Shown piece after piece: positions 12,043 to 25,390 of a DNA stretch of 64,000 bases. Every line of letters starts with the position of its first letter. Within the stretch, counting starts at the first letter, position 1. Position numbers and translations under genes: made by a program. Source of the stretch: Octopus sinensis (taxonomy: Eukaryota); the NCBI RefSeq assembly GCF_006345805.1, contig NC_043001.1, positions 134,106,001 through 134,170,000 of the forward strand. Reading direction: 5' to 3'. The notes below the pieces were generated by a model. That model saw only the letters and a list, made by a program, of their open reading frames with translations. It was not told the origin of the DNA and made no database searches.

Positions 12043-12425
12043 TGAAAGCACTCCGTCGGTTACGACGACGAGGGTTCCGGTTGATCCGAATCAACGGAAC
12101 AGCCTGCTCGTGAAATTAACGTGTAAGTGGCTGAGCACTCCACAGACACGTGTACCCTTAACGTAGTTCTCGGGGATATTCAGCGTGACACAGAGAGTGA
12201 CAAGGCCGGCCCTTTGAAATACAGGTACAACAGAAACAGGAAGTAAGAGTGAGAGAAAGTTGTGGTGAAAGAGTACAGCAGGGATCACCACCATCCTCTG
12301 CCGGAGCCTCGTGGAGCTTTAGGTGCTTTCGCTCAATAAACACTCACAACGCCCGGTCTGGGAATCGAAACCGCGATCCTATGACCGTGAGTCCGCTGCC
12401 CTAACCACTGGGCCATTGCGCCTCC
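12043..12425 (-). mobile_element. SINE family D
   Basis: Reverse complement of 10533-10919; flanking TCCATCAATCC duplication. Confidence 0.9.
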
Positions 12426-14870
12426 ATCAATCCACTAGCAATTAATAAAAAAAATACACTGATTAATTGCTATTTCTGAATTATCAAAACATTAAATAAA
12501 CATTTAGAGACAAATCTGTAAATTTATAAACATCCAATCACATAACTTTTAAAACTATTAGTTCTTCTACACTTACATACTATCCTTCGTGTGTTCTCTA
12601 TCTAGCTAGCTATCATGTGTAGTCCATCTTTTAGTTTTTCTTTTTCACTTGCTATGGATGGAAGAAGGGGTAGCACCTAAGGTTATTCTCTTGATGCAGT
12701 TTAGAATGTATGTGTGCACAGCAGCAGTACTGTTCCAAGTGTGGAAGAAATGCTTCCATTGTTGACCTTATGTGAGCCATGTAAAGCATCAACCATTGCT
12801 GGGAGCTGAAATTTTTTTCTAATCCTGAAAAGAAGGCCAGTCTTTGTGAATGTAGGCCTAGCTATGTAAAGAATGTCCTTTAGCCAGGGGAGATCCTCAG
12901 TGATAGTGAAACTGAGGGTTCTAACCGAATGCCACTCATAATGTAGGGAGTAGGGTACATTGGTCTTTTCTTAATATAAATAATGCTCAAGTTTTCTTGC
13001 TGTTAAAAGAGACAGCAGGATATGGCCTTGCCAGAGGACATTCTCAAAGTTTCCACTCAAGGAATCAGTGCAGATCTGGCATGTGGTGTCTAGGATGTGT
13101 GGAAGATGTATGGTTCAGGAAGATTAGGGAGACATGCAGGTCAACATTATCGACATAAAAGTAGACATGATTGGTTGTAGTGGAAAGTATTTCATTGATG
13201 TACAAAAAGGATAATTGAAGTCAAAACTGAACTCTAATTCACACCAGATTTGTATGAGAGACGGACAGCAAGAGCTCTGTCAACATATGCTGTGGTGATG
13301 TAATCTGATGAGAAGTTACTAATCCAAGAAATAAGAAGTGTGGAACCAGTAGACAGGAGGTTTTGATAGGAGATTAATATGCCACATATCTAGAGTAACA
13401 ACATTGCTTTCAATGAACTTTTCTAAAGAGCTCACAGGTGAGTGACATAAGTGATCAGCCTCTAGTAGATCTCTGGTTCAGTAGATGTTCTAGAGGACAT
13501 TAAGGAGAGAGAGAGGTGGGGGAAAGAGGGAGAGAGAGTCTGTCATGGTGTTGGAGATTATCATTTTTTAATGGCTGCCTTCCCTACCTCACAGATGTAT
13601 CCTCCACTACCTCCCCACTCTCTGCCCCACCTCCCACTCTCTTTCTCTCCCCCATGTATCCTTCCTTCCTTCCACAACTTCTCTCTCTTTATCTTCATCT
13701 ATTACATTTTATCACCCCCCCCCCCCCCCCGAGAGTCTAATTCTATACAAATTATATAGTAATATATTACACACAGGTCACCAACTAAAAGACAAATGGG
13801 TGATGACTGGAGTTATAATTTATTCAGAATCTTGAGGAAACTAGTTGTAGTGTACATCAGTAATAAAAGTCAGTCTCTCCCCACTCCATACAAATTTATT
13901 CAAATGTACAGTAAATTATAATTTATCCAGACAATGTGTGTTAAACACTCTAAGTTCCACTTCCACTGAATACAAGTTTATTTCATAAATCTCACTCTTG
14001 TTTGAAATGATTAAGCTACAGTGACATCAATGAGGTAAATGTGTAACACATTTGTTAATCAAAACAACATAATGGTAACAGTTATTGCCAATTTTGTCTA
14101 CCATAGTTTTCACGACAGATTAAATATCTTGATTCGCAGATAAACTTCTCATTTTTAATTACCCAACATTCATTTTAAAACTTATTTTTTAAAAGATACT
14201 TGCCTTTTTGTTTGCCATACTTTATATCAATGTAGCTGAAAGAGTTGACATCTCTTGCTCACAATGTTTCCTTAGACAAAAAATATTTCTGTTTTTATCT
14301 GATGCAGCCAAGTTGCAATTAAAAGACTGAGCAAGAATCATGAAAGATTATTGCTAGGAATCCAGGAATGTGCCATAAGTGGATCTTGAGACCTACTCAG
14401 ATACTGTTAATAAAAACAACAAATAATTGTCTTCATGCTTCCATTTTCCCAACCTACCTCAATGAAAATTTAAATATATCCTTTTGTTTGGCAACTGTTA
14501 TTTTGTGGAAAATAAATGAGTCCATTGAAGCTAAGATGACTGAATCAATTGTATTCTATAAAATTGCACAATACAATGACTATACCAGAACTGAAATTCA
14601 TAATCTAGTTGAAACATACTCAGTAACATAGTCTCAATACAAATCATTTAGTGCTAATTATCATACAAAATAGTAAATCTCTTAAGGTAGAAACCAATCT
14701 CAAAAAATTAAGCCTTGTTTTATCATACTATCTGCTATATTGAATTTCTTCAAATGAAATCAATAACTTCCCTAGCGAAAACAAAAATGTGTATATATTG
14801 TAAAAATAAAGAATCTATATATGTAATAGAACCTATATATATATATATATATATATGTGTGGTGTGTGTG

Positions 14871-14909
<39 letters not shown>

Positions 14910-15523
14910 TGTAATATAATGAAAATATAGACTTGGGTGCATATACAGTTTCTTTGTCAGAGTAGCAGAAACTGTGTTTTGTGAAGGTGCTTGGCCTAAT
15001 GGTTAGAATGTCCGGCTTATGATCTTTGGGTTGTGGGTTTAATTCTTGAACCAGGTGGGACACTGTGTCCTTGAGCAAGGTTCTTATTGCTTTCAGATTG
15101 CCTCATTCTACTCAGCTGCAATCAGTACTGACCTAGTAATGATGGAGTAGCCCTCTCTTCCTCCAGCTGTCACATCCTAGATGTCTACTGAATTATATTG
15201 GATAGGACGATACTTGATGTTTATAACTCTAATGCTTTGCAACTTGACATCTATCACAGCATATGTTTCTTGGAAATTCTCACAATTTACTCATAATTAC
15301 TTAGGATCTGATGAGAATGACAGAAGGCAAACTATTTCATTAATTGAGTGATTAATTTATACATAAATCTTATATGTCAAAAACCAATGTGTATAGTGAT
15401 GAAAATAGAGAAATAGTTTCTCTAGCCCAATGATTCCCAAACAGGGTGGTGTGTCTTATAGGTGCAGCGGAATAGGATAGCAGGTGAGGTGTAGTGATTG
15501 AAAGACAATCAAACATTTAGAAA

Positions 15524-15892
15524 CATCATCATCATCATCATCATCATTTAACGTCCGTTCTCCATGCTAGCATGGGTTGGACGGTTCGACCGGGGATCTG
15601 GGAAGCCAGAAGGCTGCACAAGGCTCCGGTCTTATCTGGCAATGTTTCTACAGCTGGATGCCCTTCCTAACGCCAACCACTCTGTGAGTGTAGTGGGTGC
15701 TTTTTACGTGCCACCCGCACAGGAGCCAGGCGAGGCTGGCATCGGCCACGGTCGGATTGGTGCATTTTATGGAAGCCAGTCGAGGTGACACTGGCTTCGG
15801 CTACGATTCGGATGGTGCTTTTTATGTGCCACCGACACGGAAGCCAGTCGAGGCGGTGCTGGCATCGGCCACAATTCAGATAGTGCTTTTTA
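15524..15892 (-). mobile_element. Family B RTE-tail element
   Basis: (CAT)n at the left end; reverse complement of 5172-5525. Confidence 0.85.
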
Positions 15893-17355
15893 GTTTCAAA
15901 AAATTCATATGCCAAAGATAAATATGATTCCAAAATTAAAAATACTATTATGAATTACTTGTAATTGCATGCATGAATCCCAGTATAAACAGTTATAAAT
16001 AATTATTAACCAATTTTACTATTGTGATATTTTTGCCTTATATCAAGTATTAAGAATGTAGTAATTAGGGTCTGCAAATTGGAAGAGGGAGTTACCAATA
16101 ATAATGTTCTGACACTAAATCCATGGTTATTTCTCTTTAACTATCTCTCTCTCTCTCTCTCTCTCTCTACCTACCTATGGCAAGATGCGAGCAATTTTTC
16201 ATTCCAAAAATGCGGCCCAAAGAAAAAGAGCTTCGGAACCACTGCTCTAGCTATTCAAAACACTGATAACTTTTTTCATCTAATTGCTATTATATTCTAC
16301 AATAAATGCATGAACTGATTGAATTAAATTTCCTCAGATTTACAATTTGTATGGAATGCTCTGTGGATTTAATGTATACAGATTCTGATTTTTCACACTG
16401 GACATTCTGTTAGCCAGTATTTTTGCATGGAGTTCTTCGGCTGAGTTATATGCCTGAATTTCTTTAATCCCTACTTTCTCTCATGATGGATGGATGGATG
16501 GATAAAACAGATGCTATTAATTTTCACACCATGCTCTATGTGTACACAGGAGGAATTAATCAGGTCGTTATTTCAATTCAGCATTAGTAACTACCTGACA
16601 CTATTAATTATTTTGATTTAATGATTTTTTTAAATAAGTAAAAAGTTCCCGTTACTGATGACAAAGGGTGATGATGATGGAGAGGATGTTACATGTTGTT
16701 TAACCCCAGGTCTAATTCAACACATCTGTAATCAAATATAATCCAACCATGACCAACCCATTTTTTGCAGACATAGAGTATCTCAGACTACTTTATCAAA
16801 TATTGTTGTTGTTTAGTCCCAGGTCAGCTTTGTTTCAGCAGACTTATAATCAAAAGCTGCGACCATCCTGTCTTGAGGAGGGAGGGAGCAAGGTGAACAA
16901 AGCACTACATCATCTAATGTGTCCTTCTATTTTTGGAAGGCAGTGGAGTGCTATTAAAAGGATATTTGGCTGCAGTTTCTAGCAGGTCAAACGATTATGT
17001 AGAGACCACTCTTAGTTGTATATAATGCAGTGGTAAGCATAAGTGGTTATCATAAAGTAGTTAGTGGTTATACTAATAGTAGTTAGCAGTTATGGTAGGG
17101 TAGTTAGTTAATACAATATAGTAGTTAGTAGTTACAGTATACAGTTAATAGTGAAAGTGATAGTAGCCAGTGGCTATAATAGTGGTTTTAGTATAGTAAT
17201 CTATAGCTTTAATATAATAGTGGCAGCAGTAAAGTTAGAGGCCATAGTACAATAATAGCTGATTTTAGTTGCAATAGTATTGTAGTGAAAATGGTACACC
17301 CATTCATAAGTGACAAGGTGGTATGAGTGAGCCACTATAATGTAAGACAGTCAGT

Positions 17356-20119
17356 TGTTGTAGGAGGTGAGTAGTAGTAGAGTCATTGTACAAGGACTCT
17401 GCTGGAGTCAGTGTCAGTTACGTGATATATATGAGTTACTGTCAAGGTGGATGTTTCAGAGTCATTGTCTTGTAGAGCTATCAGCGATAGCACAATAGAC
17501 GAGCAAAAGATAATAAGATGCGGAATACTGCCACAACGTAATAGTGGCGACAAGAATATTACAGTGCAGACAACAACATACATGTGGATGAGGATCAACA
17601 TTATAACAGTGGCAACAAAGATATAAACAATTCACAGAGACAACATTGAAAAAAGAAAAATCTTTTTTCACAAGAAAATAAACAATTCACATGAATAACG
17701 TTGAAAAGTTTTTCATATAAAGAAATTAAAAACTCAACAGAAGAGTAACAAACGTTTTAGTATATAATTTACAAAAAAATTCATAAAATTATGGCAAACT
17801 TGTTAGAGGGTTTAGATGAGTTGCAAAAACAGAAAAAAAGCAACTCAAAGGACAAGAACAACAACAAGTATTACAGCAACAAATGCTACAACAAATGAAG
17901 TTGGTAACAAAACTGGAAAATATGTTTTTGCCAGACCATGTAGCAAATTCAATAAATGGATTTAAATATGACCTGGAAGAAGGAATCACTTTTGAGGAAT
18001 ATTACTGAAGATTTGAACAAATTTTCAAAAAAGAATGCCAAGACTGGATGGATGAAATGAAAATATGTTTAATTCTGAACCAATCCTATGACTGGCACCC
18101 GGCAGATGCCAGGACCCCTGGACTGGAGATATGTAAAAAACACTATCTGAATCGTGGCCGATGCCAGCGCCGCCTCGACTGGCTTCCGTGTTGGTGGTAC
18201 GTAAAAAGCACCATCCGAATCATGGCCGAAGCCAGTGCCGCCTCGACTGGCTTCCGTGCAGGTGGCACGTAAAATGCACCAATCCGACCATGGCCGATGC
18301 CAGCCTCACCCGGCACCAGTGCAGGTGGCACGTAAAAAACACCCACTACACTCATGGAGTGGTTGGCGTTAGGAAGGGCATCCAGCTGTAGAAACATTGC
18401 CAGATAAGACTGGAGCCTGGTGCAGCCTTCTGGCTTCCCAGATCCCCGGTCGAACCGTCCAACCCATGCTAGCATGGAGAATGGACGTTAAACGATGATG
18501 ATGATGATGATGATGATGAAACTGGCAACGATAGAGCATGAGAAATACTGTAACTTTATAGTGCCTAAAAAAGTTTCTGATATAAATTTCACGGACTCAA
18601 TTGACATTTTATGTAAGATGTTCAGTGAAAAAACATTGTTATTCAAAACATGTTGGAAGTGTTTAATCACAGAGAAAAGTGATGACAAAGACTTTAACAC
18701 ATATGCTGGTAGAGTGAACAGAGAGTGCGAGAGATTTAAACTGGATAAACAAACACCAGACTCATTCAAGTGCATGATTTTTGCTCAGGGACTGACTGCT
18801 GAAAAGGACAAAGAACTCAGAATGAAAATTCTTGCAAAGCTGGAAATTAACTAGGATATAACCAGGAAACTGTTAGAAGAGTGCGATATGATATTAATAG
18901 TAAGGCCTGACACAGAAGAAATCCAATGCAGAGATTATTTACAGATAAAAATCAGTGTGGAAGAGTCGGAAGGCAGATAAAGTGTTTCACAAAAAACACA
19001 ATACACAACAGGAGATAAACCCATGTGTGGCATCCGGTTGTAGGCATCTGTGAAAAGAATGTCCATTCAAAAAAGCAAAGTATTTTCATTGTGGGAACAC
19101 AGGACACATTAAATTGCACTGCAGAACTAAGATGAAAAATTGGACCAAACAAGAAAAAATAAATAGCCTGTCATCAGAGAAAAATGTCTGTACAATGAAC
19201 AGAACAATTCATAGGTACTTTCAAGAAAGTGCTAAAAAAAGCAAGGAACAAGTTAGGAAATGATGAAGCGCTAACTAAATTCTTAATACCCAATCTGAAT
19301 ACCAGTTCAGGTGAGTCACCTGCAGAGCTAATGTTCACTCGAAAGATTAAATTGATCTTTGACAAATTGTTGTCAAAGGAAAAAACATACAGAGAAAATA
19401 CAAAAATTCCAACTAAATATTTTGATGTCGGAGACAAAGTCCATTTCAAAATATACAATGATGGTAAAGAGAGTTGGCAGGATGCTGTAGTGACTAAAAG
19501 AATTGGAAACATGATATATTTAATAAAAGCCAAACAATGGGAGCATAAACGACACCGAAATCAATTAAAAATAAGACATACAGAAGAAATGAAGGAAACT
19601 CCAATGGAAGTGTTTTATGACACGTTTGATGTGCCAGCACCAAAAGAGATTGAGCTGAGAAGGAGCAGTAACAGGAAACGTAAACAGACTGAACATTTAG
19701 AAATAATTCCTAAGCAGAAAAGGTACTGAATTCCATAGGGAAGCAAAATTTCAAAAAGGGAGAGGTCTTGAAAAAGAAGAAAAAAAATAATGATAAAATA
19801 AATTTCGTTTCCTATGGAAATCAAACTCTCAAAAGAGATGTTGTGGCAAGAGTCACAACACTCCTTGCAAGAATAGACTTGACCGAATGACTACAAATAG
19901 TAGCGGTCTGAGTGAGAGACCAGAGAAAGTGGGCATTAATTGCAGGAAGTCATAAAGTGTCATTTTGGCAGTTTGTCAGAATATGGTTTGTTGGTTCATG
20001 TATAAGTTCATGGAGAGTTTGTTGAATCATTATGTTGTTGTTACCTTGCTTTGTTATATATTTTTGTGTTACTACACAGAGTGTAAAAAAGTATTGTCTT
20101 AACAATTGGTGATACAACA
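17356..20119 (+). mobile_element. Internally deleted Gypsy (Mag-like) LTR retrotransposon
   Basis: Degenerate gag from ATG 17791 (FKYDLEEGITF..., HEKYCNF..., zinc knuckles CPFKKAKYFHCGNTGHIKLHC at about 19020-19130) is joined to the integrase C-terminus (GESPAELMFTRKIK..., WQDAVVTKRIGNMIYLI...KRHRNQLK, stop at 19729). PBS-like TGGCGAC at 17545 and TGGCAAC at 17610; purine run before the TGTTGT...ACAACA segment 19839-20119. PR, RT and RNase H are absent. Confidence 0.8.
18089..18517 (+). mobile_element. Family B RTE-tail element inserted into Gypsy gag
   Basis: Splits the gag frame (...ICLILN / KLATIEHEKYC...). Confidence 0.85.
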
Positions 20120-20534
20120 CCTTTGAATCACTTTTAAAATTTTATATAGTTTCTTGGAAACAAGAAACTCTGAATATTATTTAACTCTTAACAGTTTTGA
20201 GCACTTTTTTCTACTAAGTGTATTCTACATCATTATGAAGCTAGCATCCATTAACATATATGATACAGAAATAAACTTATAAACTAACCTTATCATATAT
20301 ATTCACGGAGAAAAAATATTTTTTAAACAGGTGACATCATCTCCTGAGAGAATCAAGTTACATGTCTGTTGATGTTATATTTACATATTAAAAGAATGCA
20401 CATCACAGACATGATATATGACAATGTACAACAGTATGCTCATATGAACAGACAAACACATACGTAACATATATAATGAATGTATGTACATGTTAACAAG
20501 CAAGAACTGCTACAGACACAACAGGAGTGGCAAT

Positions 20535-20947
20535 ATAGGCACAGGAGTGGTTATGTGGTAAGTAGCTTGCTTACTAAACACATGGTTCTGGATTCAGTTC
20601 CACAGTGTGGCACCTTGGACAAGTTTCTTCTACTATAGCCTCAGGCCAACCAAAGCCTTGTGAGTGGATTTGGTAGACGGAAACTGAAAGAAGCTCGTCG
20701 TATATATGCACGCGCGTGTGTGTGTGTGTGTATATGTTTGTCCCCCCACCATTGCTTGACAACTGATGTCGGTGTGTTTATGCCCCTCCCCATTATTTAG
20801 CAGTTCGGCAAAAGTGCCTGATACAATAAGTACTATGCTTATAAAGAATACGTCTGGGGGTGCGATTTGTTCAACTAAAAAGAGGGTGGTCCAGCATGGC
20901 CACAGTCAAATGACTGAAACAAATAAAAGATTAAAAGATAAAAGATA
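20535..20947 (+). mobile_element. Family A SINE (older)
   Basis: Head, CORE block and tail are present. Confidence 0.85.
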
Positions 20948-20956
20948 TATATATAT

Positions 20957-21372
20957 AGACGTAGGAGTGGCTGTGTGGTAAGTAGCTTGCTAACCAACCA
21001 CATGGTTCTGGGTTCAGTCCCACTGCGTGGCATCTTGGGCAAGTGTCTTCTGCTATAGCCCCGGGCCGACCAATGCCTTGTGAGTGGATTTGGTAGACGG
21101 AAACTGAAAGAAGCCTGTCGTATATATGTATATATATATGCATGCGTGTATGGTTGTGTGTTTGTGTTTGTTCCCCTAGCATTGCTTGACAACCGATGCT
21201 GGTGTGTTTACGTCCCCGTCACTTAGCGGTTCGGCAAAAAGAGACTGATAGAATAAGTACTGGGCTTACAAAAAAAAAAGAATAAAGTCCCGGGGTCGAG
21301 TTGCTCGACTAAAGGCGGTGCTCCAGCATGGCCGCAGTCAAATGACTGAAACAAGTAAAAGGGAGAAAGAGA
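20957..21372 (+). mobile_element. Family A SINE (young), directly after the previous copy
   Basis: Full-length match to the family. Confidence 0.9.
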
Positions 21373-21378
21373 GATATA

Positions 21379-21568
21379 TACGTAGCCTGATCAGTAAGTA
21401 TCTGGATTGTTACCATAGTAGTGACGCTAAAGCATGCAGAGTAGAGCTGCTTGGCACAGACCGATCTTGAACTCTGCTGTGCATGTGCGCTAAGTTTTAA
21501 TGTTCTAGCTCATTTCTGCAGTTTGCAGCAGTGCTTGGAAGGAAGGTGTGTAGCGTATGTATATATAT

Positions 21569-21603
<35 letters not shown>

Positions 21604-21820
21604 TATATATATCATCAGGATGTGGTTGGATGGCCACTTCTCGCATCGTTCACAGAGCCTGTGGTTATCAGCTTTGCATGACACTGTTGCATGCAGACAC
21701 AGTGTTGCATGCTTAGCTTTCCATGCATGCCACCATCTCTGAACCAAAACAATGGAATTCCACACTTCATAGCGTGCTGCTATCTTAGCTCACTCCTGAA
21801 CGGTCAAGTGACTGACCATC
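21379..21820. mobile_element. Possible mariner-derived non-autonomous remnant
   Basis: The start TACGTAGCCTGATCAGTAAGTATC resembles mariner TIRs as I recall them; no matching right TIR found. Confidence 0.3.
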
Positions 21821-22094
21821 TGGAAAATAAGAAACAAGACAATAAGAAAATAAGAAACCCCCATTAGTGATGTCACTTAAAAAAATGTTTCCATCATGAC
21901 TTCAGTGATACTAAAAATTCTATAAGTAATCTCTAATGCCTGTATATAAACAAATGTATGAATGTGTGTATCCTTACAGACAGATATTGATACAAACACA
22001 TAGCATATAATAAAGAATGTATGTAAAACAAATACATACAATAACAAACGTATCAACAAACACTGACATACACACACACACACATTTACATATA

Positions 22095-22472
22095 CTCTTT
22101 ACTCTCTTTTACTCTTTTACTTGTTTCAGTCATTTGACTGTGGCCATGCTGGAGCACCGCCTTTAGTCGAGCAAATCGACCCCGGGACTTATTCTTGGTA
22201 AGCCCAGTACTTATTCTATTGGTCTCTTTTGCCGAACCGCTAAGTGACGGGGACATAAACACACCACCATCGGTTGTCAAGTTATTCTAGGGGGACAAAC
22301 ACACACACACATACATACACACATATATATACATATATACGACAGTCTTCTTTCAGTTTCCGTCTACCAAATCCACTCACAAGGCATTGGTCGGCCCGGG
22401 GCTATAGCAGAAGACACTTGCCCAAGATGCCACGCAGTGGGACTGAACCCGGAACCATGTGGTTGGTTAGCA
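22095..22472 (-). mobile_element. Family A SINE, head clipped
   Basis: Family match. Confidence 0.85.
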
Positions 22473-23188
22473 CATATAGGTACAGACTCACACAAAGTTC
22501 TTGCTTTCCTTAATTATGAATTCAAAAATCCTTGACAACAAAACCACGGTGTCTAGCCCAAACATGGCCATAATTAAACACACTTATGGTCAAAGTCCTT
22601 CTGGCAATGACCATCCTGTTTTGTTTTTTTCTGACCATAGTGTATCCTAGACTACATTATGTAATGTGTCTTGCCACTTTATAAGATGATAGTGTGATCT
22701 GATGAAAGTTTGACTACTATTTCTAGTAGCTCAAGCAACCATACAGAGTCCCTCTTTAGTTCATATGTGTGTGTGATACAGTTAAGCACAGGCTATTGTG
22801 TGTGTGTCTGTGTGTGCATGCGTGCGTGCGTGGCTAAGTTCAAGCTACTATATATGTGTGCATGCTTCTGTGCTATATGTAGTTAAGTACAGACTACCCT
22901 GTTAGTCTACCCTGATAGGTTTGGTCATATTTTTACAGACTTGAACAATAACAATAACATCCATGTAGTGTAGAATACAGAATTTAACTAAATAACCTTG
23001 ACACACTTCCCACAATGCAACAGATTCTATCACACTCACTCACACATACACCTAATACATCTGTGTATTGTGTGTGTGTATACATATATATATATATGAG
23101 TGTGTGTGTGTATTTATATCTATTGTGTGCATATATATATATTTATTTATTGTGTGTATGTATGTGTATATATATATATATATATATA

Positions 23189-23602
23189 TAGGTGCAGGAG
23201 TGGCTGTGGGGTAAGTAGCTTGCTAACCAACCACATGGATCCAGGTTCAGTCCCACTGCGTGGCACCTTGGGCAAGTGTCTTCTGCTATAGCCCCGGGCC
23301 GACCAATGCCTTGTGAGTGGATTTGGTAGACGGAAACTGAAAGAAGCCTGTCGTATATATGTATATATATATATGTATGTATGTGTGTGCGTTTGTGTGT
23401 CTGTGTTTGTCCCCCTAGCATTGCTTGACAACCGATGCTGGTGTGTTTACGTCCCCGTCACTTAGCGGTTCGGCAAAAGAGACCAATAGAATAAATACTG
23501 GGCTTACAAAGAATAAGTCTTGGGGTCGAGTTGCTCGACTAAAGGCGGTGCTCCAGCATGGCCGCAGTCAAATGACTGAAACAAGTAAAAGCATAAAAGA
23601 GT
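23189..23602 (+). mobile_element. Family A SINE
   Basis: Full-length family match. Confidence 0.9.
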
Positions 23603-24452
23603 ATATATATATTTAAATATTGTGTGTATGTGTGTGTATATATATATATATAATATACAGAGAGGTAAAGATATGTATGTGTGTGTACATATGTGTATAT
23701 ATATGTGTGTGACTATACATACATTTGTGTATATGTCAATGGATATACAACTTAGTCTCAATCAAGTCTACCAGACAGTTGCAACTACTACAAGAACTAC
23801 AACTGCTTTAATACACATAGCAACGAAACACACCTACAACACTACACACATACACACACCAACACTGCATTACATAGACACATCTAAAGCCACTTACAAC
23901 AATCTTATACATCCAATAACATTTTATGGGAGCCCACAAAGGGGACTTCTATACGGCCCTTCTGCAGGTTAGGAATACCGGCCCAATCATCCCAAATCGC
24001 ATCCCTGTCGTCTTAAAAAAAGGGACACACTGAATATTGTACGGTAGTCCTAGACAGAAAGTAAGATGAGGTGGTCATGGCTGGAACATCTTTAATTACA
24101 GATCCAATGAACCAGAACTGACATGGGGCTAAATAACATCACGAAGTTGGAAGAACCTAAAGGAGAGGGGATGAGGCTACAGATAGCTTCTCTTCCACAG
24201 ATTAAAGGACTTATATGTGATGGTCACATAACCATACATTATATATATATATATACACACACACACATATAATATACACAAACATATAAGCATGGACATA
24301 GTGAGAACTACACATAACTACAATTACATGAAAAAAACTACATGTATGCATACACACAAAGAAGTATATTTCACATAAATACATGCATATGTGCATGTAC
24401 CCCCCAGCACACACAAACATGCTAAAACTGCCTTTCCTATATACATATATAT

Positions 24453-24659
24453 AACGGAAGCTTTATGAAAATAAACAAAAGACGAAGGCAGGTGGAAGAC
24501 AAACGAACAATTGTATTAGTATGGCGCTCAGGAAATATAAATAAAACAAGTCTTAACGTTTCGAGCCTACGCTCTTCAACAGAAAGATACACAGAGAGAG
24601 AAAAACACAGAAAGAAGGAGAGAAAAAAAATGCGTGCAGTAGCTAACGAATCAACATGG

Positions 24660-24660
<1 letters not shown>
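24453..24660 (-). mobile_element. Penelope-like pseudo-LTR fragment embedded in (TA)n
   Basis: CpG-retaining 200-bp segment bounded by TA repeats, carrying the hammerhead-like motif CTGTTGAAGAGCGTAGGCTCGAAACGT. Confidence 0.55.
24550..24587 (-). ncRNA. Minimal type I hammerhead-like motif (non-canonical core)
   Basis: Reads TCTTT-CUGUUGA-A-GAGC(GUAG)GCUC-GAAA-CGU-U-AAGA; palindromic ACGU helix III; U at core position 6. Confidence 0.4.
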
Positions 24661-24727
<67 letters not shown>

Positions 24728-25004
24728 AATGCATGCACATGCACATTTACTCAGACCTACACTATTACAAATATTTATTTCAGGAAACTCATAAATAAGG
24801 CAATATGTAACATTATATTATTTTAAATACTGTCTTACTCATGGGACATTAGACACGAACACACATACGGATTCAGTTGTGTTTCATAAACAGTTGAAAA
24901 AGTTGGTATCTGGTGTTGTTTTCTGATACAACACACTTGTATAACACTTGGAAATATAACAATGATGATGATGATGATAGGAGTTAGTTTATATTCTGGA
25001 TATA

Positions 25005-25390
25005 AGGTGTGGCTGTGTGGTAGGAAGTTTACCTCCTTACCACATGGTTCTGGGTTGCCCCACTGCATGGCACCCAAGGCAAGTGCCCTCTACTATAACC
25101 ACAGGTCAACCAAATCCTTGCAATTGTATTTGGTAGGCAGAAACTGAAAGAAGCCTGTCGTGTGTGTGTGTGTCTTTTGGGCATATGTTTGTCACCCACT
25201 ACTGCTTACTGGTGTTGGTATGTTCACATCCCTGCAACTTAGTGGTTCAGCAAAAGAAACTGATAAAATAAGTACCAGATTTTACATTAAAATGATAATG
25301 AGTACTAGTTGATTTGTTCAACTGAAAACTCTTCAAAGTGATGCCCCAGCATGGCTGGAGTCTAATGACAGAAAGAAGTAAAAGGTAAAA
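25005..25390 (+). mobile_element. Family A SINE (old)
   Basis: Diverged family match. Confidence 0.75.

Noticed and set aside
13295-13345. Other CTGATGA occurrences (13305, 15308, 22699, 45302, 56326)
   Set aside because: No stem II followed by GAAA and a cleavage triplet.
12650-13500. Possible ancient Penelope RT remnant on the minus strand (LNHTSSTHPR-like patch)
   Set aside because: Only short motif-like patches with many stops; not supportable without a profile search.
16330-16475. Minus-strand open segment containing KILANRM
   Set aside because: Poor splice acceptor; the motif may be a chance match or a LINE RT trace, so it is not called.
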